From positions 224,001-288,000 of the forward strand of contig QMRC01000002.1 in assembly GCA_003649205.1 (NCBI GenBank): a stretch of DNA of 64,000 bases, read 5' to 3'. The DNA comes from Thermoprotei archaeon. GTDB taxonomy: Archaea; Thermoproteota; Thermoprotei; Thermoproteales; B15-G16. The notes beneath the pieces are model-generated. The model ran no database searches and was not told the DNA's origin. It saw nothing but the letters and a program-made list of their open reading frames with translations. Below are positions 32,142-41,281 of the stretch, in pieces. Position numbers and translations under genes: made by a program. Within the stretch, counting starts at the first letter, position 1. Every line of letters begins with the position of its first letter.

Positions 32142-33248
32142 TCAGCTTCTCAGTACCTTTAGCATAGCTTCTGCGAAGGTTTTTGGATGAAATCTCTGTG
32201 CAGTGAGGTAAGCTGCGTACTGTAGCTTAAACCACTCCTCTCGACTTAGCTTCAGTACGTGGATTAAGTACTTCACCAATTCGTAGTCACTCCATGCTAA
32301 GTAACCTTCACGACCATGCTCAATGACTTCAGCAAGTCCTGTAGGTGCTCTCACAACAACTGGGACTCCCTGACTCATTGCCTCTAGAGGTGCTAAACCA
32401 AAGTGCTCCCCTATTCTAGGATGTACGTACACTCTCGCACTATGGTATAGTTCTAAGAGTGTTTCCTCACTGGGTGATGGTATTAACTCCACATCTCTGT
32501 ACCTATCCTGTAGCTCATCCACAATAGCCTTAACATGTTCGTAGTACTCCCTATGTCTTGGATCTACGTAACCAGTGAGTACGAGCCTAGCACTAGGTAC
32601 TTCTCTCTTGACTAGTGGAAAGATGAGTGCTAGGAAGTCATGCCTCTTAAGTGTAGTGAACCTACCTACATAGAGTATAGTTGGTTCTCGATCACTACCA
32701 AGTGGTGGTTCAGTACTAAAGAACTTCGAGTCTATACATGGGTACACAACGTATGGTTCGAAACCCCATAGGAACTTAACAGCTAGACCTGTTCTCCTTG
32801 AATTGACGATTACCTTATCTACGTAGTTGAGGCATTTAGCCGTTAGGTGCGGATACCTTGAGTACTTCGTATACTCCTCTAGATTTTCCTCACTAATCTC
32901 CTCATCTAGGGGAAAGTGAACATACATGCAGGTAGCTACTTCCTCTCTAGCTCTCTTAGCTATGTAGCAGTAGTACGGTTCCTGAATCATTACGAGAACA
33001 GTATCTGGTTCGTAGGCTGTGAGAACTGTGAGCATTTCTCTAGCAACATCACTGCTACTCTTCAGTGTAGTTACTTGAGGAGATAGCTCCTTACTAAACC
33101 ATTCCTGGTCAGTACTTGCTGTGACGAGGTAGATGTCAATTCCGAGCTTACTCAATTCCTCAACCAGTATCTTAGTTAACCTTTCTGAACCACCTTTCAC
33201 AGTTAGATGTGGGTGAACTACCAGTAACCTACTCACCATAAATATCAT
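32142..33248 (-). CDS. GT4 glycosyltransferase
   Basis: GGSER, VGRF..LKRH, EHFGLAPLEAM. Confidence 0.9.
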   Translation of the reverse strand: MIFMVSRLLVVHPHLTVKGGSERLTKILVEELSKLGIDIYLVTASTDQEWFSKELSPQVTTLKSSSDVAREMLTVLTAYEPDTVLVMIQEPYYCYIAKRAREEVATCMYVHFPLDEEISEENLEEYTKYSRYPHLTAKCLNYVDKVIVNSRRTGLAVKFLWGFEPYVVYPCIDSKFFSTEPPLGSDREPTILYVGRFTTLKRHDFLALIFPLVKREVPSARLVLTGYVDPRHREYYEHVKAIVDELQDRYRDVELIPSPSEETLLELYHSARVYVHPRIGEHFGLAPLEAMSQGVPVVVRAPTGLAEVIEHGREGYLAWSDYELVKYLIHVLKLSREEWFKLQYAAYLTAQRFHPKTFAEAMLKVLRS

Positions 33249-33495
33249 CTCACGAAATTATGGTGGTGAATAGATAGAGTATCTAATTTAATGGAGTGAT
33301 GTAATGTCGAGATATTTGGTACATCACTTACAAGAACTCATTAATGTACTTTTGCTCATGAACTATGATCTGCACTGCCAGCAAAGTACATTGATAGCAC
33401 TGAGGACTTTAGTACTAGTAAAAGTTGAGGTGATTAGGTTATTCAGGAGAAAGGGTAGGGGGTTGTTTCATTACCTTGAGTATCTACTAGCTACC

Positions 33496-33753
33496 TCACT
33501 TCTTTTTCTTTTTCGGTGGTAGTATTTGGCTGTAGTCCTTTACTGGGAATGACGCTCCGCACTTTGAACATGTTACGCTCATATTCATTGTATACCAGCT
33601 CTCTGCCAGCTCAACTTCTTCCTTATGTCCACAGTATGGGCAGGTCACTAGTAATCTCAAAATCTTTTCAGGAACTCCACCAGACCACTCTTCGTAGAAG
33701 TACCACTCCTCACCTTCACTACCAGTGCTCATTCCTTGCCACCTGCCTAACAT
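33496..33753 (-). CDS. Small zinc-ribbon protein
   Basis: CPYCG and CSKCG; basic tail. Confidence 0.7.
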   Translation of the reverse strand: MLGRWQGMSTGSEGEEWYFYEEWSGGVPEKILRLLVTCPYCGHKEEVELAESWYTMNMSVTCSKCGASFPVKDYSQILPPKKKKK

Positions 33754-33784
33754 GTGATCTACATTAATTTAAGCTTTCCTCTAC

Positions 33785-33833
33785 TCAGAAGCAAGAGGCT
33801 TCATCAACATTCAGTAGTCGAGTTGATCATCAT
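33785..33833 (-). ncRNA. Box C/D guide sRNA candidate
   Basis: ATGATGA-TCAACTCGACTA-CTGA-atgt-TGATGA-AGCCTCTTGCTT-CTGA, perfect boxes and 12-nt guides. Confidence 0.88.
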
Positions 33834-33917
33834 CTAGAGACTACATCTCTACACCGAAGTCACTTAGAGTACTGATAAATCAAACTAATATCTCCATTTT
33901 CGACAGTTATCGAGTAG

Positions 33918-35267
33918 GTGCTCAACATGAGTGGTCTAGAGGAAGTTCTGCACGAACTTGAGAGTAGGTTTGAGGTTAAGAGGGTAAGAACACCATTGTC
34001 AGTAATCTACGAGATCCCTGCTGTGATCAAGTACTTCGATAGAGGTCCTACTCTCGTATTTACGAGGGTTAAGGAAGACGTTTGTGGTGTTGTTGCTGCG
34101 AATTTAGTAAATACTAGAAGCAAGGTAATGTACTACCTTGGTGTAGGGTCCGATGAGGAGCTTTATAGGAAGATCTTGGATTCAGAGAGTAAGGTTGGGA
34201 AGATTACTGAAGTTTCATCACATGACTATAAGGAGATTGAGGTGAATCTCGAGAAGCTACCTGTTCTCAAGTACTATGAAGGTGATGCAGGTAGGTACGT
34301 AACTAGTGCTGTGGTTATTGCTAAGGATCCAGAGACAGGTTACCACAATCTCTCTGTTCATAGAATACTCGTACTTGGTCGAGATGTAGCTACGTTAAGG
34401 ATTGTGCCACGACACCTATACACGATATGTGAACACTATAGGCAGAGAGGTATTACGAAGGTTCCGGTAGCTGTGTGCATAGGAGTTCACCCACTACTAC
34501 TCTTCGCAGCATCGTGTTCACCACCATTCGGGTTCTCGGAGTACCACGTAGCTAGTAACTTCATGAATGCTGATGTGAGGGTATGTGATCTAGGTAATGG
34601 AGTGTTGGTACCTATCGACTCGGAGTACGTACTACTTGGTTACATCGACCTAGAGACACTAGTAGACGAAGGTCCATTCACTGACATTCTCGAGCTATAT
34701 GATAAGGTGAGGAAGCAGCCACTGCTCAAGGTAGAGAAGATCTACGTGCTTAGGGATGTACCCTACTACCACGCAATTCTACCAGGTGGAGCAGAGCACA
34801 AGCTATTGATGGCGCTTGAGAGAGAGGCTAGGATATGGAATTTCGTTAGAGCTGTAGTACCCTACGTTAAGGCGGTCAGATTAACGTGGGCCGGTGGATG
34901 CTGGTTACACGCAGTTATCTCAATTAGGAAGATCACTGATGGTGATGCAAAGAACGCGATCATGGCAGCCTTTGCGGCACACCCCTCACTTAAGCATGTT
35001 ATCGTCGTTGATGAGGATATTGACATTGATAATCCTGAAGAAGTTGAGTGGGCCATAGCAACGAGATTTAGAGCTGATAGAGGGCTTGTACTCGTACAGT
35101 ACGTAAGAGGTTCAACACTTGACCCCTCAGCTATAGATCAAGAACAAGGGTTAACGACTAAGATGGGGATAGATGCTACCTACCCAAGAGCTGAGAGGAG
35201 GAAGTTTGAGAAAGCTAGAATACCGATAAACGTAAGGGAGCTCATAGAGAAGCTAGAGGTGTACTGA
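33918..35267 (+). CDS. UbiD-family decarboxylase, probable anhydromevalonate phosphate decarboxylase
   Basis: EGPF, VDEDID..VEWAIATR, LDPS, KMGIDAT; linked to acnX genes. Confidence 0.85.
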   Translation: MLNMSGLEEVLHELESRFEVKRVRTPLSVIYEIPAVIKYFDRGPTLVFTRVKEDVCGVVAANLVNTRSKVMYYLGVGSDEELYRKILDSESKVGKITEVSSHDYKEIEVNLEKLPVLKYYEGDAGRYVTSAVVIAKDPETGYHNLSVHRILVLGRDVATLRIVPRHLYTICEHYRQRGITKVPVAVCIGVHPLLLFAASCSPPFGFSEYHVASNFMNADVRVCDLGNGVLVPIDSEYVLLGYIDLETLVDEGPFTDILELYDKVRKQPLLKVEKIYVLRDVPYYHAILPGGAEHKLLMALEREARIWNFVRAVVPYVKAVRLTWAGGCWLHAVISIRKITDGDAKNAIMAAFAAHPSLKHVIVVDEDIDIDNPEEVEWAIATRFRADRGLVLVQYVRGSTLDPSAIDQEQGLTTKMGIDATYPRAERRKFEKARIPINVRELIEKLEVY

Positions 35268-36445
35268 TGAGTAGAAGACCTCTTGAACTAGCTGCAGAGG
35301 TCATGGAAAAGCTAGCATCTATCTACGGAGTTTCCGAACTAATTGAGGTAGCTCACGTACACATATCAGGTGTATCATACCTAACAATTGGTGATGCAGG
35401 ATTAGAGTTCCTAGAGGATCTCGCTAGTAAGGGCACGAAGTTTAGGGTATCAGCAACGGTAAACCCCATAGGATTTGATCTAGAGCACGTAGAGCAGCTC
35501 AAGATCCCACAAGACTTTGTGAATAAGCAGCTCAGGATATTGAATGCACTCAAGTCCATGGGAGCAAACCTAATACTAAGTTGTACACCCTACGAAATAA
35601 TCGACCTACCTCCAGGAACACATGTAGCTTGGGGAGAATCAAATGCAGTAATCTACGCTAACTCCATACTTGGACTACGAACAAATAGAGAAGGTGGACC
35701 CCTCACAGTTCTAGCAGCTATCCTAGGTAAGGTACCTAAGTACGGTCTACACCTAGATGAGGTAAGAAAACCAACACACCTAGTAGAGGTTAAGTACTCA
35801 CAACCACTTAATCACCTAGTAGCTAGTGCACTAGGTTACATCATTGGTGAACTCGTCGTTACCGGAGTTCCACTAATTAGGGGGAATATCATTAAGTACT
35901 TCTCGGAGTCCCCACATGGACATGAACTAGTTAAGCTCTTTCTAGCATCACTAGCAACATCATCGCAAGTAAATCGCTGCATCATACCTAACCTATCACG
36001 TGACTACGGTGGTGAAGTACCGAGTAAAGTCATTGAGGTAGAGGAAAAAGACATTAGAAAGGCAATTGATGAACTTAGCTCTGGCGCTACACCAGACGCC
36101 ATAGCTATTGGGTGCCCACACTGTTCGCTAAAGGAAGTAATGCTCACCTACAAAATACTTGAACGTGAAGGTATTAGGGCTAGGAAGCTATTTCTCCTCT
36201 TCACCTCTAGGAGAGTTAAAGAAGAGCTTAGGAGACTAGGCGTCTTAAGCAAATTGAGTGAACGTGGAGTACTGGTGTGTGCTGATACCTGTATAGTCGT
36301 CTCACCCATAGTACGTACTCTAGGTATTAAGGTTGTTATGACAAATTCAGGTAAAGCAGCTCACTACCTTAGGAGAATGCATGGTATTGATGTGGTGTTA
36401 GGTGACTTGTATGACTGCATTAAGGAGGTGCGTAACGGTGCATAG
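35267..36445 (+). CDS. Aconitase X large subunit, probable phosphomevalonate dehydratase
   Basis: HISGVSY, SCTPY, WGESNA, GCPH, DTC, MTNSGKA. Confidence 0.9.
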   Translation: MSRRPLELAAEVMEKLASIYGVSELIEVAHVHISGVSYLTIGDAGLEFLEDLASKGTKFRVSATVNPIGFDLEHVEQLKIPQDFVNKQLRILNALKSMGANLILSCTPYEIIDLPPGTHVAWGESNAVIYANSILGLRTNREGGPLTVLAAILGKVPKYGLHLDEVRKPTHLVEVKYSQPLNHLVASALGYIIGELVVTGVPLIRGNIIKYFSESPHGHELVKLFLASLATSSQVNRCIIPNLSRDYGGEVPSKVIEVEEKDIRKAIDELSSGATPDAIAIGCPHCSLKEVMLTYKILEREGIRARKLFLLFTSRRVKEELRRLGVLSKLSERGVLVCADTCIVVSPIVRTLGIKVVMTNSGKAAHYLRRMHGIDVVLGDLYDCIKEVRNGA

Positions 36446-36860
36446 TTCATTACTTAGGTTTAGAGTTAGGTTCATTGTAGGTAGGAGACGAATATGTGCA
36501 CCGCTCCTTATAGAGAGATGCCCCATATCGCCACTAGGTGATATAGACCCTAAGACAGGTGTTTTGAAGAATCCAAAGTGTAGAAACTATGGGAAATCAA
36601 TTAGTGGTAAGGTATTTGCTTACCCAGTGTCATGTGGCTCTACTGTAGGTAGCTACGTACTCTACCAGCTTAGTAAGGTGGGTAGAGGACCTCAAGCAAT
36701 TGTCGTTAAGCAAGTTGACCCAGTACTCCTAGTAGGCTGTATCTTAGGTGGTATTGAGTTAGTTGAGTGTAGTCATGAGGACTTCTGGTACATGGCTAGG
36801 GATGGTTACGTAGTTGAGCTAAATCCAGAAGAACATACACTGACTCTAATTCCTCAGTAG
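36438..36860 (+). CDS. Aconitase X swivel (small) subunit, DUF126
   Basis: IDPKTG, GSTVGSYVLY. Confidence 0.88.
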   Translation: MHSSLLRFRVRFIVGRRRICAPLLIERCPISPLGDIDPKTGVLKNPKCRNYGKSISGKVFAYPVSCGSTVGSYVLYQLSKVGRGPQAIVVKQVDPVLLVGCILGGIELVECSHEDFWYMARDGYVVELNPEEHTLTLIPQ

Positions 36861-36942
36861 CTGAATAAGCATCGTACTCTAGACGAGCTTACTCGAACTA
36901 ACATTTAAATGAGATGGCAATGGTTACAACACAGGTGTCACT

Positions 36943-37590
36943 ATGGTCAAAGTTAGGTGGCATGGTCATGCATGTTTTGAGATCTCAACACCAGAAGTAA
37001 CCGTAGTTATTGATCCACATGACGGGATCTCACTAGGTATCAAGAAACCAGAGGTAAAGGCAGACATCGTACTGATTAGTCACGACCACTTCGACCACAA
37101 TAAGGATGCTGTAGTAGCTAAACCTGGAGCAGAGATACTGAAGATGTTTCGTGGTGAGAAAGAGGTAAGAGGTGTGAGGATTAAGGGAATTGAGACTGCT
37201 CACGACGATGTAGGTGGTAGAGAGAGAGGAAAGAACATAGTTTACGTAATTACCGTAGGTGAAGTAACGTTCTGTCACCTAGGTGATCTAGGACACATAC
37301 TGACAGAAGACCAGGTTAGAGAGATCGGAGCAATTGACGTACTGATGATACCAGTCGGTGGAACGTACACAATAGGACCGGAGGAAGCTAAGTCCATAGT
37401 CAAGCAACTAAATCCCAAGGTAGTAATACCAATGCATTACAAGATACCAGGACTACAGCTACCACTACTCCCAGTATCGCACTTCCTAAAGTACTTCGAG
37501 AAAGTCAAGAAAATAGACAGCAACGAAATAGAAATAACGAGAGAAACGCTACCAGCAGAAACAACAATCTACGTACTATCACCACCGTAG
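36943..37590 (+). CDS. Metallo-beta-lactamase fold hydrolase
   Basis: GHACF, SHDHFDH, HLGDLG, IPMHY. Confidence 0.9.
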   Translation: MVKVRWHGHACFEISTPEVTVVIDPHDGISLGIKKPEVKADIVLISHDHFDHNKDAVVAKPGAEILKMFRGEKEVRGVRIKGIETAHDDVGGRERGKNIVYVITVGEVTFCHLGDLGHILTEDQVREIGAIDVLMIPVGGTYTIGPEEAKSIVKQLNPKVVIPMHYKIPGLQLPLLPVSHFLKYFEKVKKIDSNEIEITRETLPAETTIYVLSPP

Positions 37591-37661
37591 CTAAATCACC
37601 TAGGAAAATCGAAGCTCAAACCACCACTACACTTTTATACCTATACCAAACTCGAAGCCCT

Positions 37662-38147
37662 GTGACACAGGTAAAAATAGAGAAAGCAAGAGGTTCCCTA
37701 CTAAGAGAAGTGATTAAGCAGTGGAAGTACTACCTAAGAGATCAGGGACCAAGCAAACTAGATAACTACATCCTAGACATCGAGAGTGAGGAGATACTAC
37801 ACAACACAGTAACAGCACTAGTAGAGAGCGGAGATACTGAAGTACTTGTAGCTAAAGAAGGAAGCAAAGTAGTGGGATTCACAGTAGTAACCGTGAACAC
37901 ATTCCAGAACCTCTACCAAACAAAGAAGCTCATAGGAGAGATATCTGCAATCTACGTACATAGGGAATACAGAGGTAAGGGAGTAGGATCTAAATTACTT
38001 GAAGAGGCAATGAAGTACCTACAAAGCAGGGGAGTTGAGATAGTACTTGCAGAGGTAAGAGCAGATAACGAAGCATCGATGAAGTTATTTACCAAGTATG
38101 GGTTTACTGTAGATCACACAGTTCACGTACTCTTGAAGGAGCTATAG
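37662..38147 (+). CDS. GNAT acetyltransferase
   Basis: VHREYRGKGVG, NEASMKLFTKYGF. Confidence 0.9.
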   Translation: MTQVKIEKARGSLLREVIKQWKYYLRDQGPSKLDNYILDIESEEILHNTVTALVESGDTEVLVAKEGSKVVGFTVVTVNTFQNLYQTKKLIGEISAIYVHREYRGKGVGSKLLEEAMKYLQSRGVEIVLAEVRADNEASMKLFTKYGFTVDHTVHVLLKEL

Positions 38148-38170
38148 TTAAAAACCGAGAAGTAGCTCTA

Positions 38171-38241
38171 GAGGATTGACCGGGGGCTCCCCTGACACGT
38201 GAGTGATCACGTGGGATGAGGGGGAGTGCGGTCTCCTCACC
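38171..38241 (+). ncRNA. K-turn hairpin RNA (H/ACA-like) candidate
   Basis: GAGGA/TCCTC, GACCG/CGGTC and CTCCCC/GGGGAG stems, CTGA..GATGA K-turn, CACGTGA/TCACGTG apical stem; ends in ACC. Confidence 0.6.
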
Positions 38242-39016
38242 TCTCTTCCATGCTCAGCAAGTACTCACGTAATCTAGCTACATCACCTCTATACAGCTTG
38301 AAGAGTTGATCAGGGTAGTTTAGAATCACGTAGTTAGTATACCTCATCCTAGCTAACACCTTCAGTACCTTGTGGTGATTAATCGATACCTTGATACCAG
38401 TTTCAACACTAGCCTCCACACCCTCCCTTAGCTTATCACCTAAGTGAATTATGTCTATGTAACCAATGTTCTCTATGAGGGTCCTCAAATCATCGATACT
38501 ACATCGTGAATCTCTACCAAGCTCAAAGCATATGGTGAAGAGAGCAGGTACCGTGACTCTACCGATAACTCGACTTACAATATCCCTAACGGAGCATTGA
38601 CTTGGTCTACAGAGCCAAGAGAGCTTGACACCATATGCAGCTGCTAGCTTGAGTATGGTCCCTAGGTAGGTGTTGATGGTGTTACTAGGTGTGTCAGACT
38701 TCACTAATGTACGTGATGGCTTCATAACTACGTGACTACACCCGATCTCTGAAGCAATCATCATCAACCTCTCAATGGTTGTGCCTAGGTTCCTGCTAGA
38801 GATCTTGGGTGTAGGTACCTTGATTATCTCGATCTTATCCATGAACACCTCCATGGGTTCAGTAATGTCGTAGATTAGTGCATCAAGAAGCAACCTCTTC
38901 TCCCTAGTTAAGTCCACCTCAACAACATCTACTTGCTCAACTACCTTCTCAACTTCACGAGGTGCTTTCTTGAGTAAGCTGTAAGGTATTGCAACACCTA
39001 GCTTCAAGAGGGACAC
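38237..39016 (-). CDS. Hypothetical protein, possibly degenerate xylose-isomerase-like TIM barrel
   Basis: IDIIHLGD and YTNYVIL resemble the AP endonuclease 2 C-terminus. Confidence 0.55.
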   Translation of the reverse strand: MSLLKLGVAIPYSLLKKAPREVEKVVEQVDVVEVDLTREKRLLLDALIYDITEPMEVFMDKIEIIKVPTPKISSRNLGTTIERLMMIASEIGCSHVVMKPSRTLVKSDTPSNTINTYLGTILKLAAAYGVKLSWLCRPSQCSVRDIVSRVIGRVTVPALFTICFELGRDSRCSIDDLRTLIENIGYIDIIHLGDKLREGVEASVETGIKVSINHHKVLKVLARMRYTNYVILNYPDQLFKLYRGDVARLREYLLSMEER

Positions 39017-39021
39017 CTACA

Positions 39022-39090
39022 TGTGGCCACTGGCTCCGCCGCCTCCTCATTCAGCCCCGAGAGAGGGGATGTCGGAGACGGCTCAGGTCT
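39022..39090 (-). ncRNA. H/ACA-like guide RNA candidate
   Basis: GCCGTCTCC/GGAGGCGGC stem with CCGA..AATGA K-turn, 3' tail ending ACA; TTAAGTATA promoter upstream. Confidence 0.65.
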
Positions 39091-39147
39091 ACCTAGGTGA
39101 AGCCCCTTGATATACTTAACCTAAGTCTGAGAGGTAGGAGGTGATTA

Positions 39148-39213
39148 TATGCTGAGAAATTGGTGAGGTCGCTTCATCCCAACCCAATTGGGGAGTCGGC
39201 GACCTAGCCGCCA
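39148..39213 (-). ncRNA. H/ACA-like guide RNA candidate
   Basis: AGGTCGC/GCGACCT stem, CCGA..GATGA K-turn, 15-nt tail then ATA; TAAGTATA promoter upstream. Confidence 0.6.
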
Positions 39214-39268
39214 TGACTAAGTTCGAGTAAGGGGTTCATATACTTACCGTAGGTTGAGTAGAGTAGGA

Positions 39269-39335
39269 TATTGCAAGGGGCCGGGGCTCACCTTCATTGA
39301 CTCCCAGAAGGGAGCCTCAGGTGAGTGAACCCCAC
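39269..39335 (-). ncRNA. H/ACA-like guide RNA candidate
   Basis: CTCACC/GGTGAG stem, CTGA..AATGA K-turn, GGCTCCC/GGGAGTC apical stem, 15-nt tail then ATA; TTTTAAG upstream. Confidence 0.6.
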
Positions 39336-39393
39336 CGAGAATTTCCTCGTGCTCTACTGATCTTAAAACTGTATCTACTTCTCTAGCTATGGC

Positions 39394-39447
39394 TCATGGG
39401 AGGTGCGTGTCATCACCTACCTCAGGTACCGTGAGGTTCTTCATCGC
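39394..39447 (-). ncRNA. Box C/D guide sRNA candidate
   Basis: CGATGA-AGAACCTCACGGTAC-CTGA...TGATGA-CACGCACCTCCC-ATGA; CCTCACGGTAC is complementary to conserved 23S GUACCGUGAGG. Confidence 0.75.
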
Positions 39448-39489
39448 CATAACTCACAGTGATGCTGGGGTAAATTATTGTTTCTCAGA

Positions 39490-39540
39490 TCAGAAGAGGC
39501 TAGCCTACATCACTTCCTCAGCCCGTATAAGATTCATCAC
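39490..39540 (-). ncRNA. Box C/D guide sRNA candidate
   Basis: GTGATGA-ATCTTATACGGG-CTGA-ggaag-TGATGT-AGGCTAGCCTCTT-CTGA. Confidence 0.82.
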
Positions 39541-39591
39541 CTCACTCACCTAGGTGTATCAATAGTCTTAAACATAGCGTCACTACAGCAT

Positions 39592-39648
39592 TCAGCAGGG
39601 GTGCGTTATCTTCATAGGGAATCCGTTAACTCCCGGCGGTCTCATCAC
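39592..39648 (-). ncRNA. Box C/D guide sRNA candidate
   Basis: GTGATGA-GACCGCCGGGAGTTAA-CGGA...TGAAGA-TAACGCACCCCTG-CTGA. Confidence 0.75.
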
Positions 39649-39704
39649 TATTAATACGGTTCATACTAGACAGCCTAAATACCTGAGCCTAAGTCACTAC
39701 ACAG

Positions 39705-40250
39705 GTGATTAACTTGGTCACCGTATGTGTAGCATCTAGAAATCCAGTGAAAATAAGGGGTACTGAGAGAGCGTTCAGGAAGATACTTGGTGTAGATGTG
39801 GAGGTGATACCTATTGAGGTAAGTACCTCAGTAAGACAACCAATCTCGATAGATCAAGTCATTAAGTGTGCAATTGAGAGAGCAGAGAGGGCACGTGAAG
39901 CACATACATGCGACTTTGCTGTTGGAGTTGAGGCAGGTATATGGATTGTGGAGGTACGAGGGTATGGACAGATACCTATTAACACACACGTAGCTGCAGT
40001 ATTGACTAAGGATGATACGCTATCACTAGGTATAGGGCCTTCATTCCCCATACCCGAGGACATGTACAGTATGATAACTACTCACCATAAGGAATTGAGT
40101 AAAGTTGTTGAGGAGGTACTCGGTGTACGTGACATAGGAAGAGACATAGGGCTAGTAGGTATCCTTTCAGGAGGTAAAGTGAAGAGAGAAGACTTAGTCT
40201 ACTACGCTGTGGCCATGGCATTGCTAGGTATCACGAGTAGGTACTACTGA
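39705..40250 (+). CDS. Inosine/xanthosine triphosphatase (YjjX/DUF84)
   Basis: ASRNPVK, QP, VGVEAGI, GLVGILS..VKRE. Confidence 0.88.
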   Translation: MINLVTVCVASRNPVKIRGTERAFRKILGVDVEVIPIEVSTSVRQPISIDQVIKCAIERAERAREAHTCDFAVGVEAGIWIVEVRGYGQIPINTHVAAVLTKDDTLSLGIGPSFPIPEDMYSMITTHHKELSKVVEEVLGVRDIGRDIGLVGILSGGKVKREDLVYYAVAMALLGITSRYY

Positions 40251-40329
40251 CGTCATAATGAACATATGATGTAATTCTTAAATAATTTGTCGCACTACAC
40301 AACCCAAGCTTTGCAGAGGTACAGCATAC

Positions 40330-40614
40330 ATGGAGGTCCACTCACTAATTAATACAATTGCTATGGTTGTGATACCAATTTACGCAGTAGCGGCACTTCT
40401 CTTTGTGATAAGGGTCTTGAAGGGACCCACTATACCGGATATGGTACTTGCAATCAGCTGTCTCTCCTACGACCTATGTGTGCTTATGTGCTTCCTAGCA
40501 ATTTACATAGGCTCATCTCTTCTTGTATTGGGTGCTCTATGTCTAGCTCTTTGGGCATACATACTCGACATATCTGTAGCCAAGTACTTGGAGGGTAGGG
40601 AATTGGGTGAGTAA
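40330..40614 (+). CDS. Mrp/Mbh subunit MnhF/MbhB-like
   Basis: RVLKGPTIPDMVLA; AKYLEG. Confidence 0.85.
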   Translation: MEVHSLINTIAMVVIPIYAVAALLFVIRVLKGPTIPDMVLAISCLSYDLCVLMCFLAIYIGSSLLVLGALCLALWAYILDISVAKYLEGRELGE

Positions 40615-40616
40615 TC

Positions 40617-41015
40617 ATGTTAGTGCAGGACCCGTACTCAGTACTTAAGCTGGCGGCTCTAATCATAGGTGGTGTGCTCACGGTAGTTGGTGCTTTATGC
40701 GATCTAATTGGTGCAATTGGTCTACTCAGATTTCCAAACTACTTCGTTAGACTACACGCAGCAACAGTAGCGACCATAGGTGGGGCTGTGTATCCACTCT
40801 TTGGAGTAGCCATTATGAGTCTAGCTTGTGACTTCCTAGGAGTAGCTAGGTGGTTCATATCCGCAATATCTTTCCTCACAGCAATAATAATAACACTAAC
40901 AGCACCAACAGGATCACACGCAGTAGCTAGAGCAGCACACAAAGCTGGGGTGCCTGTACATCCGAAAGCATGTGATTTACTTGAAGAAGATAGGAAGAGA
41001 GGTGTTGTGAAGTGA
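40617..41015 (+). CDS. Mrp/Mbh subunit MnhG/MbhC-like
   Basis: GLLRFPNYFVRLHAAT, APTGSHAVARA. Confidence 0.9.
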   Translation: MLVQDPYSVLKLAALIIGGVLTVVGALCDLIGAIGLLRFPNYFVRLHAATVATIGGAVYPLFGVAIMSLACDFLGVARWFISAISFLTAIIITLTAPTGSHAVARAAHKAGVPVHPKACDLLEEDRKRGVVK

Positions 41016-41281
41016 GCTACGTAATCGTGCTTGAGGTACTACTAGCGATAGCATTTACAGTAGCTGTCATCTGTACGTACATGGTTGTGAAAGAGAGGGA
41101 CTTAGTGAAGGCAGTAGTTCTCTCTGCACTACAGTCAATCATGTACACACTAGCGTACTACCTACTTATGGCACCTGACATAGTGCTCGCTTACGTAGCT
41201 GTTGGTGTAGGGATTTACTCAGTAGTTTTACTCTTTGCAATTAGTAAGACTGAGAGATTTGAGGAGGTTGAGGCTAGATGA
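41012..41281 (+). CDS. DUF4040/MbhD-like subunit
   Basis: RDLVKAV, LMAPDIVLA. Confidence 0.85.
   Translation: MSYVIVLEVLLAIAFTVAVICTYMVVKERDLVKAVVLSALQSIMYTLAYYLLMAPDIVLAYVAVGVGIYSVVLLFAISKTERFEEVEAR

Noticed and set aside
33304-33522. 72-aa plus-strand ORF
   Set aside because: No motif; overlaps inverted repeats and the end of the opposing gene.
33918-36860. UbiD-AcnX cluster as a novel pathway
   Set aside because: Matches the known Aeropyrum-type modified mevalonate pathway.
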